Translations under genes and position numbers: made by a program
Origin: Chiloscyllium plagiosum
Taxonomy: Eukaryota
Assembly (NCBI RefSeq): GCF_004010195.1
Contig: NC_057751.1
Span: 5,154,199 to 5,218,198, forward strand
Length of the DNA stretch: 64,000 nt
Reading direction: 5' to 3'
Notes under the pieces: model-generated
What the model was told of the DNA's origin: nothing
Database searches by the model: none
The model's input: only the letters and a program-made list of their open reading frames with translations
Part shown: piece after piece, positions 50,407 through 62,846 of the stretch
Position numbering within the stretch: the first letter of the stretch is position 1
How the letters are laid out: each line of letters starts with the position of its first letter

Positions 50407-51074
50407 GTAGGCAGATAAACACTTTCCAACACTCAGTCAGGCTGCTTCTATTGTTTCAACTTTTAAAAAAGACCAAGGCCTCACCAGTTGTCTATCTTCT
50501 TGTAGATTGCTTGCTATCTGTCCCCAAGTTGCGCTCCCTAAAAGAAACCAGAGCAAAGCACACTCTTAAAGCCATAGTGCCATCACCCACTCTGTGTCCT
50601 CAAATTCAAACCAACCACCTGGTTCATGGCTCAGACACCATCATCACCAACACACATTGAACATGACCTTGGACAGAGATGTGTCTCTGCTGCTGGTAGT
50701 TTTACTGTGGGACACCTTCCCTCTAGATCCCAGATAGATTGTTTCAGCCAAGGTACCCCCTTCTAGAGGGTACAGGGGCTTCATACACACACATTCCCTC
50801 TCTGAACTCTCCACACTTTTCCAAAACTCACTTTGGAAGGAATCGAGTGCTCTTTGACTCGGATTCACAGAATCATGATAGGGCAGGAGGAGGCCATTCA
50901 GCCCATCATGACTCGCACCAGCTCTGCCATCTTATGCCATTTGTCCAAAAGCCTACACATCATTATCGTCCCATAACCATCTGATGTCCCTCTTCAATGT
51001 CTCCACCACAGCATTTTTCATCATCCTCCCAGTGGTGGAGTACTGAGACACCAGGTGGGCACCATCGTTTTCTC

Positions 51075-51445
51075 GAGAATTTAGAAGGTTAAGGGGTGAG
51101 CTGAAATATTAACAGGAAAAAGACAGGGAAGATAAAGATAAACTATTCCCACTGATTGGGGATTCGAGAGGTGGGGTGGGGGGGCACAGCCTGAGAATGT
51201 GGGCCAGAGATGTCAGGAAGCACTTCTCCACACACAGGGTGGGAGAGCTTTGGAACTCATGCACAAACCCCAGTGGATGTGGGAACAGTTGTTAACTTTA
51301 AATCTGAGAGAGAGAAATGTTTGTGAAGCATAGGTATGAAAGGGAAATGGGCCAGGTTAATAGAGTTAGGCTTGAGACCAGCCATGATCCCATTGAATGG
51401 TGGGACAGGCTGGAGGGGCTGAATGGCTGCCTCCTGTTCCTATGT
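51075..51445 (+). mobile_element. CR1 LINE 3' fragment
   Basis: gagaatttagaaggttaaggggtgag...ggggctgaatggctgcctcctgttcctatgtt tail. Confidence 0.6.
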
Positions 51446-52559
51446 TTCGTTATGGTATGAACAGACAGAGAAGGGTGGACAGGGAAAGATTGATTGGCTC
51501 ATCCAATCTGTCTCATCTCATTCCGATGCCTGGAGTCTCACGATGTATGTCCTCCCAGTCATCTGCAGGGAGCGATGAATGAACTGAGACTGAGGAAGAC
51601 AGAAACATTGGCAAGCAGCTTGTGCTCAGGAGACTTGGAATAAACAGAAGCTGTCCAGAATATCACCACCTTGTTTTTCCTCCTCCCCCATTATAACCCC
51701 GACCCCAGTGTCCCACCAACCTCTCTGCACGTGAGGGGAACTGGTGGCAAATGTGAGAACTAAGCAAGAGAAAGTTTGGAAAGAGCAGGGACGGGATGGG
51801 ATAGCTCAGCAGAGGACAGAGAGAGAGAGAGAGACAGGGATAGAGAGAGAGAGAGAAAACTAATTCTCCCAGATCCTAACTTTGGTCCGCCAAGGTCATT
51901 CTCCTCCAAAGATTTTGTGATAACAGAAGTATTTCAGTCACAGCTTGGCCAGAACTGTGATCTGAGCCCTCACTCACAGGGATGATCTCAGATGAAGCTG
52001 AAGGGGTGATTGAGCACTGATCTGTTCCAGAACAGGTTCGTTTGAGTGTATTCAGTTCACCCTGAGCACTAGGACAGTTCTGTTGAGGGATGTGGTGGTT
52101 CACTTGCCAATGATGGAGCAAGGATCGGGGCACTGGCCCCTCAGCTCTCTGCTCAATGATTGTGCAGTGTTTCAGGGAAGCATCACCTTTCTACAGTGGG
52201 GAGAGGAGTTAATCTCTGCACCACTGACATCACAGGCCACTCACCCCATTGTGATTATACCAATTCCAATCTCCACATATCCCTGCACATTACCTCTCTC
52301 CAGAGACTCATTCAAAGCCCTAATACATGGCATACAAACACTGACAAACAGATAAAGAGCCTTTGGGTGTATTCTCCCTGCTCTGTAAATGGGCAGGGCA
52401 AACATGACACTCCTCATTTCCACCATCTTCTCCAGCTTTCTCCCAGCTCAGCCCAGACACAAGGCCAAACCGAAGGGATAAGTTCATTGGAGAAAACAAC
52501 ATTCGCTCGGTCCCATTAGCTTTGTCCCTGAGAGCAGGCACATACTCAAGCCTCACTCA

Positions 52560-52990
52560 ATCAGGCATTGGCATGTGGGTGTTGCTGGCTGGGTCAATAT
52601 TTATTGCCGGCCCCTAGTTATGCCCTTGTGAAGGTGGGGGTGAGCTGCCTTCCTGAACCACTGCAGTCCCTGTGCTGTAGGTAGACCCACAATGCCCCTG
52701 GAGAGGGAATTCCAGGATTGTGACCCAGTGACTCTGAAGGAACGGCGAGAGATTTCCAAGTCAGGATGGTGAGTGGTTTGGAGGGGAACTTGCAGGGGGT
52801 GGTGTTCCGATGTACCTGCTTCCCTTGTCCTTTCAGATAGAGGTGGTCATGGCTTTGGAAGGTGCTGTCTGAGGATCTTTGGTGAGTTTCTGCTGTGCAT
52901 GTTGTAGATGGTACACACTGCTGCTACTGAGGGTCAGTGGCAGAGGGAGTGAATTTTGAAGGTGGGAGATGGAGCACCAATCAATTTATG
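52560..52990 (-). mobile_element. LINE 3' fragment (same family as 57455-57945 and ~35830-35995)
   Basis: Reverse complement of the 57590-57940 repeat. Confidence 0.65.
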
Positions 52991-53256
52991 TTATTAATGT
53001 GAACAAACTTCCACATCATTCCCATTGAATCCAAGTCATTTGATCCAGTAATTCACTTGAGGTTGAAGTGTGGGAAACATGGGGTTGAATTCCTTCCCCT
53101 AACAGTGAGGGTTTTGTCAATGGGAGGAAGAGCTCCTGAACTTCTGAGTTGTTTGGTAGGTCATGCCACCTGTGGGGTTATTTGTGGAGTGAATTCCTGT
53201 GAATCCTTCCTTTTCTATTCAGGATTTGAGATACTGCAACTTGCTTTCTCTTGCAG

Positions 53257-53389
53257 GAACACTGATGTACACACCGTAGCCTCTCTCTTTAAGCTGTACC
53301 TGAGAGAGCTCCCCGAACCAGTTGTCCCCTGGTCTCAGTATGAAGACTTCCTGGCTTGCAGCCAGCTCATGAACAGCGATGAGGAGCAG
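53257..53389 (+). CDS. ARHGAP25: ARHGAP25 exon 6 (RhoGAP)
   Basis: gcag|[44 protein letters not shown]|gtatgt. Confidence 0.95.
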
Positions 53390-53639
53390 GTATGTTCTGG
53401 ACCTGTGTGTTCCACAGTGCTCTGTGTGCTGGTGAAACAGAACCCAATCTCTCAGTCTCACTGCCACTGTGTTCAGACAGACTACAGCAGGAGTCCCAGC
53501 GTGTTTCAGAGTGATGACCAGGTTCCGATTCTCAGAATGAAGAGGAACTGAGCTCGGATGGGTTCAGGTCCTGGAAAGACACAGGGTTTGGTGTTGTTCA
53601 CCGTCCCTCACCACAGCTGACGGAGAGAGTAAAACAGTA

Positions 53640-54205
53640 TGGACCATCCTGTGGTTCATTGTTACATCTGTGTAAGACTCTGGTGAGACCACACTGAGAA
53701 TATTGCAGTCAGTTGTGGTCACCACATTCCAGGGAGGATGTGGAGGCTTTGGAGAGGGTACAGTTGGGATTTTATCTGGATGCTGGATTAGAGGCTATGA
53801 GCTACAAGGAGAGCTGAGAAAAAGCTTGCGTTGTTTTCTCTGGAGCAGCAGAGGCTGAGAGGAGACTTGATAGAAGTCGATGAAATTATGAGATGCCAAC
53901 TGATGATCAGAATCTTTTTCCCATTGAGTTGAAATGTCTAATACTTGGGGGCATACATTTAAGGTGAAGGGGAGGGGGGTGATGTTCAAAGGAGATGTGA
54001 GGGGCAGGTTTCTCACACAGAGACTGGTAGGTGCCTGGAACACACTGCCCGGGGTGGAGGGATATTTAAGGGACTTTGAAATAAGCACATCAATATGCAA
54101 GGAGTGGAGGGATGTGGGCCAAGGGCAGGCATTAATTTGAGGTCATGTTCAGCACAACATCGGGTGGGCTGGAGGATCTGTTCCTGTCCTCTACAGTTTG
54201 ATATT
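53640..54205 (+). mobile_element. CR1 LINE 3' fragment
   Basis: Degenerate CR1 ORF2 end (tggtgagaccacac..., ggctttggagagggtacag, GHTFKVKG...FLTQRLVGAWNTLP). Confidence 0.7.
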
Positions 54206-55457
54206 CTGTGTTCCTCCCAGTGGATGTCTGGCAGAACCTGTCACTGTGATGGTGCATTGGGAACCTCTGATGTTTCCCACCCTCAGCTGCACAGAGAATG
54301 TGTGTACCTGCTGGGGCCTTGCAGTGGGCAAAGGGAAGGTCTGCCAACACCCCGATGTTTCAGCTGATTTGACAATGCCATCGCTCAGACCACAAGATGC
54401 TGGGTGTGGATGTCTGGTATTGAAGGATCCAACAGACAATCATTACAGCTAACTGTAATGTAAAACAGAAAGATGACATAGCTCAGGTACACAAGTGTCT
54501 GGGCTAACATGAAGCATCTGAGGTTAGAACAGAGAAGTATGTTCCCAGAAGGAACACATTCTTCTAGTGATCCGGGGTAAGTTGGGGGATGTGATCCTTA
54601 AGGCTTCAGGTCAAACACTGTGATGCAATGATAATATCACAGGCATGGCCCCTAAAGGCATCCTGACTTACTGACTGTGAGACATCACACAACACTGGGG
54701 CTGTCATTGTCCTGCCCCAGTGAAACCCCAAGGAAGGTATGGATGGTGTTAGACATTGACTAGCTGTAGAAAGCAGGCATTTCTGAATGTCAGCCAGGTC
54801 ACCCTGAGGGACATGGTGTATGAAAGCTGGCCACACTGTGAGCTCGAAAACTCATTCTGCAGAATCTGCAGTGGGCAGACAGGTCAGAGAGCTGGAAATG
54901 TTACCTTCACATTGGGAAGGCTCAAGCAATCCCCGCCAGCTGTCATCGCTCTGACTCAATGGAAGAACAGGCCCACGTAACTCCCTGTCAGGAGTTGAGC
55001 TGGTGCAGTGTGGTTTTGTTGCATGCTGGTATGGGGATAGAGTTCCAGTACAGCTGACAGGAACAGCCTTTGGAGAAAGGTCACTGTTAACTCTACTTTC
55101 TCTCTCTCTCTCTCTGCAGATGCTGCCAGACCTGCTGAGTTTCTCCAGCATTTTGTGTTCGTGTTTCAGATTTCCAGAATGTGTTATCTCATTGGTATTG
55201 TGTTGAGCTTATCTCAATGTCCTTTAGAGGCGTGATTGGGATTGTAGGATTGACATGTATGATGTGAAAAGGAGGGCAGGGGTATCAGTTGAGAGATGTT
55301 GCCTGGTTGGTACAACCTTTCCCCTCAGTACAACAGAGATCCTAGACTGGGACAGTGAACACAGACTCTGAAACTGCACCAGAATCTTCTTTCAAACATT
55401 CACAGGGTGGACAATGAGAAGAGACAATCCATCTGACCTGTAACTTATTCTCCACAG

Positions 55458-55531
55458 GGTCAACAGGAAGTGATGAGGCAGATTTCCTTACTGCCTCAGG
55501 TGAACTATAACCTCCTCAGCTACATCTGCAG
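55458..55531 (+). CDS. ARHGAP25: ARHGAP25 exon 7 (RhoGAP)
   Basis: acag|GQQEVMRQISLLPQVNYNLLSYIC(R)|gtactg. Confidence 0.93.
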
Positions 55532-56481
55532 GTACTGTCCCACCATGCCACACTCTCACTCACTCTCATCCCAACCTTGGCCTCTCCACAGCTTCAGAAC
55601 AGAGAGTGATGTGGGTTCGGAGACAGGGAGAAGAGAGGGGAGAGTGGCAGTAAGGGATCTGGGAAGTCGGTGGGGGCTGGGGGTGGTGGTGGTGATGCGG
55701 AGCTCAGGAGAGAGCAATGTGGATCATGTAAAAGGGGGTCTGGAGTTCACAGGGGTGGGAATGTTGGAATGGCAATGAATGCAGGTGGGATTGGAAACAG
55801 GAACGTCAAGTTTGGAAGAAATGGAAGAGATGGGAATTATGTGTTCAAGGTTTCGATAGATGACAGTGGCTGAATGGACAAAGTAATAGTGCTTCCCTGT
55901 CACATTCCAGAAACATGATTATCTGATGGATTTTCCCACCTGGGAGTGTTGACCCATCCATTCCAAACAGTCAGAAACTGGTGGAGAATGTTTTGAGAGT
56001 CCACTGGCAATATTGTTTCCCCTGAGGCTGGGTATCAGAATATCAGTATCCCAGGTGGTTCTCCAACATGGAACGCTTGCTGGGTAACTCCTTAGGGAAT
56101 CCTCAGGGGTAGGATTTCCATACCATCACCCTCACGAGACAAGTGGGGTTTAAAGACAGACCAGTTCCCTGGTCCCTATGGCTCTGATCCGAGGATCCTG
56201 AAAAAGGTAGATGCAGGGATCGTGGATGTACCGGATGCCATCTTCCAGGCACTGGGGGAGGAATTCAATTCAGCCGGCTCTTTCAAAAAGGAAACGGGAT
56301 AAAGGCTGAGAGTGGAACAAAAAAAATCAGACCTGGGGAAAGAGCTGGCAGGCAGAGGAGGGGTGGAATGGCCTCCTTTTGTCCTGTTGTCTCACTGATA
56401 CCAATATGTTCTTTCCAAATTGTTTCGGACGATTGGTTCCTGAGTGAATGTTTGTTTATTTTATTTTGTTCCCCTGGGCAG

Positions 56482-56603
56482 GTTTCTGCATGAGGTCCAG
56501 CTCAGCTCCAAGATCAATAAAATGAGTGTGGACAATCTGGCAACTGTCATCGGGGTGAATCTCCTCAAGCCCAAAGTCGAAGATCCCGTGGCCATCATGA
56601 GAG
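56482..56603 (+). CDS. ARHGAP25: ARHGAP25 exon 8 (RhoGAP); GC splice donor
   Basis: gcag|FLHEVQLSSKINKMSVDNLATVIGVNLLKPKVEDPVAIMR(G)|gcaagt. Confidence 0.9.
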
Positions 56604-56802
56604 GCAAGTCAGGGTCTCGCGTCTTCCGGGAGACCTGTTTGAATTCTCACTCGCCCGTTACATCCCTGTCAGGTAGTGGAGACAACCACTCGGTGCTCCA
56701 GAGGGTAATCGGTTTGAGTCTCGCTGGGTCTTTAATCATTGTGGAGAGATACTGACACATCAGAGTGTTGACACAGCATTCCCTAGGCCAGGAACTCCCC
56801 AG

Positions 56803-57436
56803 TGGCAGGACCAGGCCAAACCCCCTCAAAACATTTTCAGAAGGTAGCCCAGACCCTAACTTTGCTGATTGTTTTAGGCAGGTGTAAAGTAGATATTCCA
56901 GGAGGGATGCAGCTGGTCAAACCACTTAGTTTTAAACAAAACAGAACTTATGTACAGGCTACTGAATGAAATACAAACAAAAGAGAACAGAATACAGAAT
57001 AACTTCATCTATCTGAAAACCCAACAGATTGTCCCAATTTAATGATGCTATTTCAAATTGCTGCAACAATCCCCATAAAAACCCCTTGGCAAAAAGGTAA
57101 AACTAGCCACAGGTTGTTACAGGAGAGAGAGAAAGAGAGAGAGAGAGATGGCAGAGAGATTGAGCATGGAACCTCCCTCCACTGTTGCTGTTTCTTTGGA
57201 TTTCCCAGCTTACCTTGACCAGCAGCTCTGAACAGCCAGACTGCGAAAACCAAACCAAACCAGAGGAAAGCTGAGCTGGGAGAACTGGCCACTCCCTTTT
57301 CGTTGGACAAGGATTTTTATTAAACTTCAAAACTTCTTCAAGTAGATAAATCCCGACACCTCGGAACCCATGACTTTATGACCCCGCTGAAAAAGAAATG
57401 TCAACCTAACCTTGTTAAAGGAGCAGTATTGTCACA
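56803..57436. mobile_element. Solo-LTR-like repeat (TG...CA, ~630 bp)
   Basis: TGGCAGGACC...GTATTGTCACA with flanks CCAG/CCAT (near 4-bp TSD); homologous to 1-615. Confidence 0.7.
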
Positions 57437-57454
57437 CCATTACCAAGGGCCCAA

Positions 57455-57945
57455 ATCCAGAATGGCATGAAATATTCTCCACTGGCCTGCATGGCTCCAG
57501 CTCCATCAGGAAGCTGAATATCATCTGCCTGTTTGGTACCACATCCACAAACATCCACTCCCTTCCCCACCGACGCTCAGTAGCAGCAGTGTGTACCATC
57601 TACAAGACACACTGCAGCAATTCACCAAAGATGCTCAGACAGCACCTTCCAAACCCATGACCACCTCCATCTAGAAGGGCAAGGGCAGCAGATACATGGG
57701 TACACCACTCCCTGTAAGTTCCCATCCGAGCCCCTCACCATCCTGACTTGGAAATATAATGCCGTTCCTTCACTGTCGTTGGGTCAGAATCCTGGAATTC
57801 CCTCCCTCAGGGAATTGTGGGTCAAGCTGGACCCCACGGTCTACCGTGGTTCCAGAAGGCAGCTCACCCCTACCTTCTCAAGGGGCAACTGGGGAATGGT
57901 CAACAAATGTTGGCCCAGCCAGTGACACCCAGATCCTGCGAAAGA
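57455..57945 (+). mobile_element. LINE 3' fragment
   Basis: Translates to IHSLPHRRSVAAVCTIYKTHCSNSPKMLRQHLP (decayed ORF2 C-terminus); other copies at 52560-52990, ~35830-35995 and before the 21753 gap. Confidence 0.65.
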
Positions 57946-58714
57946 ATGTGAAACTTTTCCAGGAAGAGATTACCCATCTGCCCTCACACGTTAAATCGAG
58001 TAAAGGAAAAGAAATGTTCCAATAGTGTGACTTGGTGTGAAAGCTGGCAGGAATCCACTGTATGCATGTCCAATGACTGCTGGGGTGTGGTATCTTGCAG
58101 TTCCCTTCCTTGGAACAGTCGGACTTTGGATTGGTGATAGAATTGGGCCTCAGAGGCTTCACAATGTTCATGTTGCTTGCTCACATTTGGCAGAAGCATG
58201 GGGCTCGCAAACATTCAAGTCAAAACTGGGGCAGCATCAGTCAGTGACTGGAGGGGTCGGGGAAACCAATGGGAAGAAGCAGTAGTGAGATTTCAGACCC
58301 CAACCCTGATCCCACAGTGAGCTCGGCCCTGCATTGACAGCTGGAGATTACCCTGCAGCTCAAACCACTGCAGGACTGCTGATCAGAAACCTGGTCAGAG
58401 CAACTCTGAGGGTGTGAGCCTGTGGACACCAAGCCTGGCCAACAACTGGGAAATACCTGACTGATTCCAATCAGAGAAGCTGTGCCAGAGGCCAGAGTTG
58501 GGAGAGTGTGCAGAGAGGGTGGGAAGTCAGCCCGTGAGACCTTTCTGGGCCAGGCCAGTATGGGGCTTGTTGGAGCTGTCAATGTATTTACTGTCCTTGT
58601 CCTGATCATGTGGTGGGAAGGTGCTGCTGTCTCCCTGTTAAAGCTCAGCAGGACAATAATGAGAAACTCTCTTTGTGTGTGTGTGTCTCTCTCTCTCTCT
58701 CTCTCTGGAGACAG

Positions 58715-58887
58715 GGACCCCTCAGATCCAGAAGCTGATGACTGTTCTGATCAGCAGACATGATGAACTGTTCCCTAAGTACAAGGATAAGCCTCCTTCA
58801 CCCTCCTTGAGAATGTGTGCCCAGCGAAGCATGGTGGGCTGGGGAGCTGCTGACCCCCAAACAGGACCGACAGCAGGAACACACAAG
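58715..58887 (+). CDS. ARHGAP25: ARHGAP25 exon 9
   Basis: gacag|(G)TPQIQKLMTVLISRHDELFPKYKDKPPSPSLRMCAQRSMVGWGAADPQTGPTAGTHK|gtgagg. Confidence 0.88.
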
Positions 58888-59769
58888 GTGAGGCTGGTGG
58901 ATCACGCTGAGCAGCTTACTCTAGGCTTTCTGAATTGCCACCATCACAGCCCGTCCCACTGTGCCTCATCAGATAGGCCTTCCTGCCTTTCCCCAGGAGA
59001 TCCCAGGCCTGGCTTTGGAAAGGCACTCTCCCAGGATGGGGAGGCAAGTCGGGGAGAGGGCATTTGGAAGCCGGAGATCCAGACACAAAGCAATCCGTGT
59101 TTCTTGAGGAGGGTGGGAGCTGGAAGAGCCAGGAGATCTCTGAGATATTTCCCCTTGGGCTGGGTTCGGATCCAGAGAGAGAGAGAGTGGGAGAGAGCTG
59201 GGGTCAGAGTGAGGAGGGGGTGTGCAGTGAGGCAGGGGGTGAAGGAGGGTAAATATCGACTGAGATCTGCAGTCACGAGCTGTGATGGCCCCTGGTCCAC
59301 CTTCAGGCAGTGATAGTGGTGTCCTGGGGAACTGGGAGAGACAGCTGACATCTGCTGAGCTCAACACCATCTGGGAGAGTCAGGAACATATTGAGTCACT
59401 GCCCCAGGCCACAGCTAGCAGCCTTCAGGATCTCTGTCAAAGCCCAGTAGCAAAGTGGGATCCAGGGGATACCCAGCTCCAACAGCAATGGACAGGGTTA
59501 GAACATGGGGCTAAGTTACTGTCTCTGTCTCAGCATATCCCCTCTTTGTTATCACTTAGGCCAGTTCTGATTTCCCAGTGATCTCCAGCAGAGGTACAAC
59601 AGCAGTACCCAGTGTCAAGGGTCAGCCCATCTCTATCCTTAGACTTCAGCACAGGACAGAGAGGGTGCCACTCTGTCACCCGGACTGTCCCTCAGCCAGG
59701 CTATTGGGGTGGGGGGGGTGTAAACTCCCATACGCCTGTGGGGAGACAGGCAAGTATGTGGCTCTGATC

Positions 59770-59905
59770 TCATTCTGAACAAGAGTCACTGGACCCGAAA
59801 GATTTACTCTGTTTCTCTCACCACTCCACAGATACTGTCAGACCTGCTGAGTTTCTCCAGCATTTTCTGTTCCTGGTTCAGATCACCAGTATCTGCAGTC
59901 CTTTA
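59770..59905 (+). mobile_element. Older Penelope-like terminal repeat with degenerate hammerhead core
   Basis: tctgaacaagagtcactggacccgaaa...cagacctgctgagtttctccagcatttt; related fragments ~30545-30650(-), 32760-32830(-), 49310-49350, 55075-55180, 62110-62170(-). Confidence 0.5.
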
Positions 59906-60284
59906 GATTTTTCTAAAATGTCCTGGCCTGATAGCATTCCTTGATGTTGGAGAAATATAGAAAATACAAGCAGGCGTAGGCCATTCGGCCCTTTAAGCCT
60001 GCCCTCCCATTCAATACAGTCATGGCTGATCATCCAACTCAGTCCCCTGTTCCTGCTGTCTCCTCATGACCCATTGACCCCTTTAGCCCAAACTCCTCCT
60101 CAAAGATATTCAAAGGTGTGGCTGAGAATTTCACAGTCTCCCCACTCTCTGGGTGAAGACATTTCTCTCCATCTCAACGCTAAGTGACCAATGACTCCCT
60201 GGTTCTGATTAGGAACATCCTTGCTGCATTTCCCCCGTCTAGTCCAGTTTGAGTCTGATTAACAAATACAAGGACATTGTTTGG

Positions 60285-60720
60285 TTTGTGTGTGTGTGTG
60301 TGTGTCCGTGTGTGTGTATATGTGTGTCCGTGTGTGTGTGTCCATGTGTGCGTGTGTGTGTGTCCATGTGTGTGTGTCCGTGTGTGCGTGTATGTNNNNN
60401 NNNNNNNNNNNNNNNNNNNNNNNNNNNNNNNNNNNNNNNNNNNNNNNNNNNNNNNNNNNNNNNNNNNNNNNNNNNNNNNNNNNNNNNNNNNNNNNNNNNN
60501 NNNNNNNNNNNNNNNNNNNNNNNNNNNNNNNNNNNNNNNNNNNNNNNNNNNNNNNNNNNNNNNNNNNNNNNNNNNNNNNNNNNNNNNNNNNNNNNNNNNN
60601 NNNNNNNNNNNGTGTGTGTGTGTATATGTGTGTGTGTGCGTGCGCGTGCATGTGTGTGTGTCCGTGTGTGTGTGTGTCTGTGTGTGTGTGTGTGTGTCTG
60701 TGTGTCCGTGTGTGTGTGTC

Positions 60721-60752
<32 letters not shown>

Positions 60753-60800
60753 AGCGCGCATGTGTGTGTCCGTGTGTGCCTGTGTCCGTGTGTGCGTGCG
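60285..60800. repeat. (GT)n-rich microsatellite spanning an assembly gap (N 60396-60611)
   Basis: Visible GT runs either side of the gap. Confidence 0.9.
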
Positions 60801-60955
60801 GTGGGGGAAGCTGTCTGGTCGCTGTTCCTTCAGTATGACTCCAGGACCACAGTGATAGGTGCTCTCGGATATGTCAGGACCATGAAATGTTCTACAGGAA
60901 TGCAGGCTGGTCACATTGATGGGAATGTTAACAGGAATGTCTTTCCTGCCCCTAG

Positions 60956-61479
60956 GAAGAGCGTGATGTGAGCACAGCAGAGGATGAATTGGAAAACTGG
61001 AGCGAGAGTCCTCGGAAGAGGACACAAACCCTCCCGGTGCAGAAGTGTGCAGGAACATCCAACAGTTTGGAGGATGCTGTGTCCAGCATTGAGTTCTGGA
61101 AATGGTCAAAGGGCTCCCCGGTCAGGAACAGCCAGGATCCTCTCAGGGAAAAGCACAGGCGCAGTTTCTCCCAGGATAGCTGGCAAACTGTGGCTCCCTG
61201 TCACCTCCAGCTCTCCCCTCCCGGTGACACACCGGTCCCACCAACAGCCTCTGTGGCTCATGCTCAGGATCAGGAACCTCCCAGCTGTCGACTGACAGTT
61301 ACCTGTCCCTGTGACGAGACACCGAGCCAGAACACAGCAACCGACTCATCCCAACACTGCACAGAGAGCCAAGGGGAAAATCACAGAGCCACAGATGTAG
61401 CAGAGCTCAGGGCACAGCTGGACAACCTGAGGAAGGACTTTGAAAGCAAGAGGAAGGATTACGAGGAGAGAATAGCGAG
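60956..61479 (+). CDS. ARHGAP25: ARHGAP25 exon 10 (low-complexity linker, coiled-coil start)
   Basis: ctag|EERDVSTAEDELENWSESPRKRTQTLP...EFW...HRRSFSQD...VAELRAQLDNLRKDFESKRKDYEERIA(S)|gtcagt; RKRTQTLP and HRRxxSQD motifs as recalled for ARHGAP25. Confidence 0.88.
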
Positions 61480-62650
61480 GTCAGTGTCGAACACACATTT
61501 GGGGACCCGGGGGCTGTCATGGTGGTGGGTGGGAGGTGAGGTGAATAGGTCAGGAACTGCAGATAGGGTGCAGACAGAAAGTGAGACATGAAACAAAGAG
61601 CTCACCAGACCAGTGCAAGGCCTGGCATTGGCGTGAAGGGACTTTGCACTCGAATGTGGAACATTGGTCAGTACAGCACAGGATTAAGTCCTCTGGCTCA
61701 CCATGTTATGCCAAAAGTGGGCTCAAAAGTCAAGCACAAATAACAAACAGCAATATGTCCAAGTACAGTCCTTCCTACCCACAGGAGCAAAACCTCACCA
61801 CATGACAAATTGGGACGAGGGTCAACTGGAAATCCAAGTAGATGTGACAGTCTCAAAGGACAAATCCTTTGCTGAGCTGCAAATCAGAGGAATTGCATGA
61901 TCCTGTCCAGGGAGTGGGGTACAATGACCATTTGCTGTGGCCTTCTGTGACCCACTTAGAGTGCAAACTGAGTTGGTGTCCCTGGGACAAGACTGTCACA
62001 GACGGGCTGTCCCTATCTCAATGCATTTCCTCCAAGCTGGACTGTCAACAGTGTGAAAGCCAAAACACTTCTCCAGAACCAGCAATCCAAAATAAAACCC
62101 ACAGCTATCAAGTGCTGGCAACCCTTGGTGGGTCAGGCAACATCTGTTCGCAGAGGGAGAGACAGAGAAACAGGGTGATGTGGTTCAACACTGCCACTTT
62201 CCATCAGATCCCAGAGATGGGAGATATCCTGCAGCCCAGGTGGGATAGGAATAGGTGACAGGGCTGGAAAGGGACAGGACAGGGAGGCTGGGGTGAGCGA
62301 CAAAGAGACTTGTGGCCATTGTGCACCCCAGCACCATTCCCTTTGATGTTGGAAGACTGAGCTGTCTTACAGCAGCAACTGGAAACAGCTGGAAGCTGCC
62401 CAGGCAGTTGGTGAGTGTGAATAACGTGTCCAACTGCTTGTGTGGGATCAGTTCCCTCGGCTGTGTTGCTGGGTGACACCCACCCAGTGTGGGTTCACCT
62501 CCCAGTCACACCAGTGGTGGTACTCCCTTTGCCTGTGGCACGGTGACCTTTGGGTTCAGCTGAGCCCCGGTTCTCTGTGTCTGTAACGACAGGGCTGCTG
62601 CTGCTGCTGTGTGTTACACTGACCCAGTCAATCCTGCTGTTGTTTTCCAG

Positions 62651-62846
62651 CTTGGAGAAAGAGAATTATGAAGTCTGGGCCAAGGTGGTGCGACTGAACC
62701 GAGAGCTGGAGCTGGCTGGGAAGCAGTATGAAGCCTTGGAGATCCGGTTACAAAATGCCAACAGGGCACGGCAGGAGGCAGAGAAACGCAACCAGCTGCT
62801 GGAGCAAGAACTCACCAACTTCTTTCAGAAAAACAAGGGAGATTAA
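62651..62846 (+). CDS. ARHGAP25: ARHGAP25 exon 11, C-terminal coiled coil, stop TAA
   Basis: ccag|LEKENYEVWAKVVRLNRELELAGKQYEALEIRLQNANRARQEAEKRNQLLEQELTNFFQKNKGD*. Confidence 0.93.

Noticed and set aside
25355..62846. Assignment as ARHGAP22 or ARHGAP24
   Set aside because: N-terminal MSLKLPRN.WDFNLK, VPWSQY, RKRTQTLP and LEKENYxVWAKVVRLN fit ARHGAP25.
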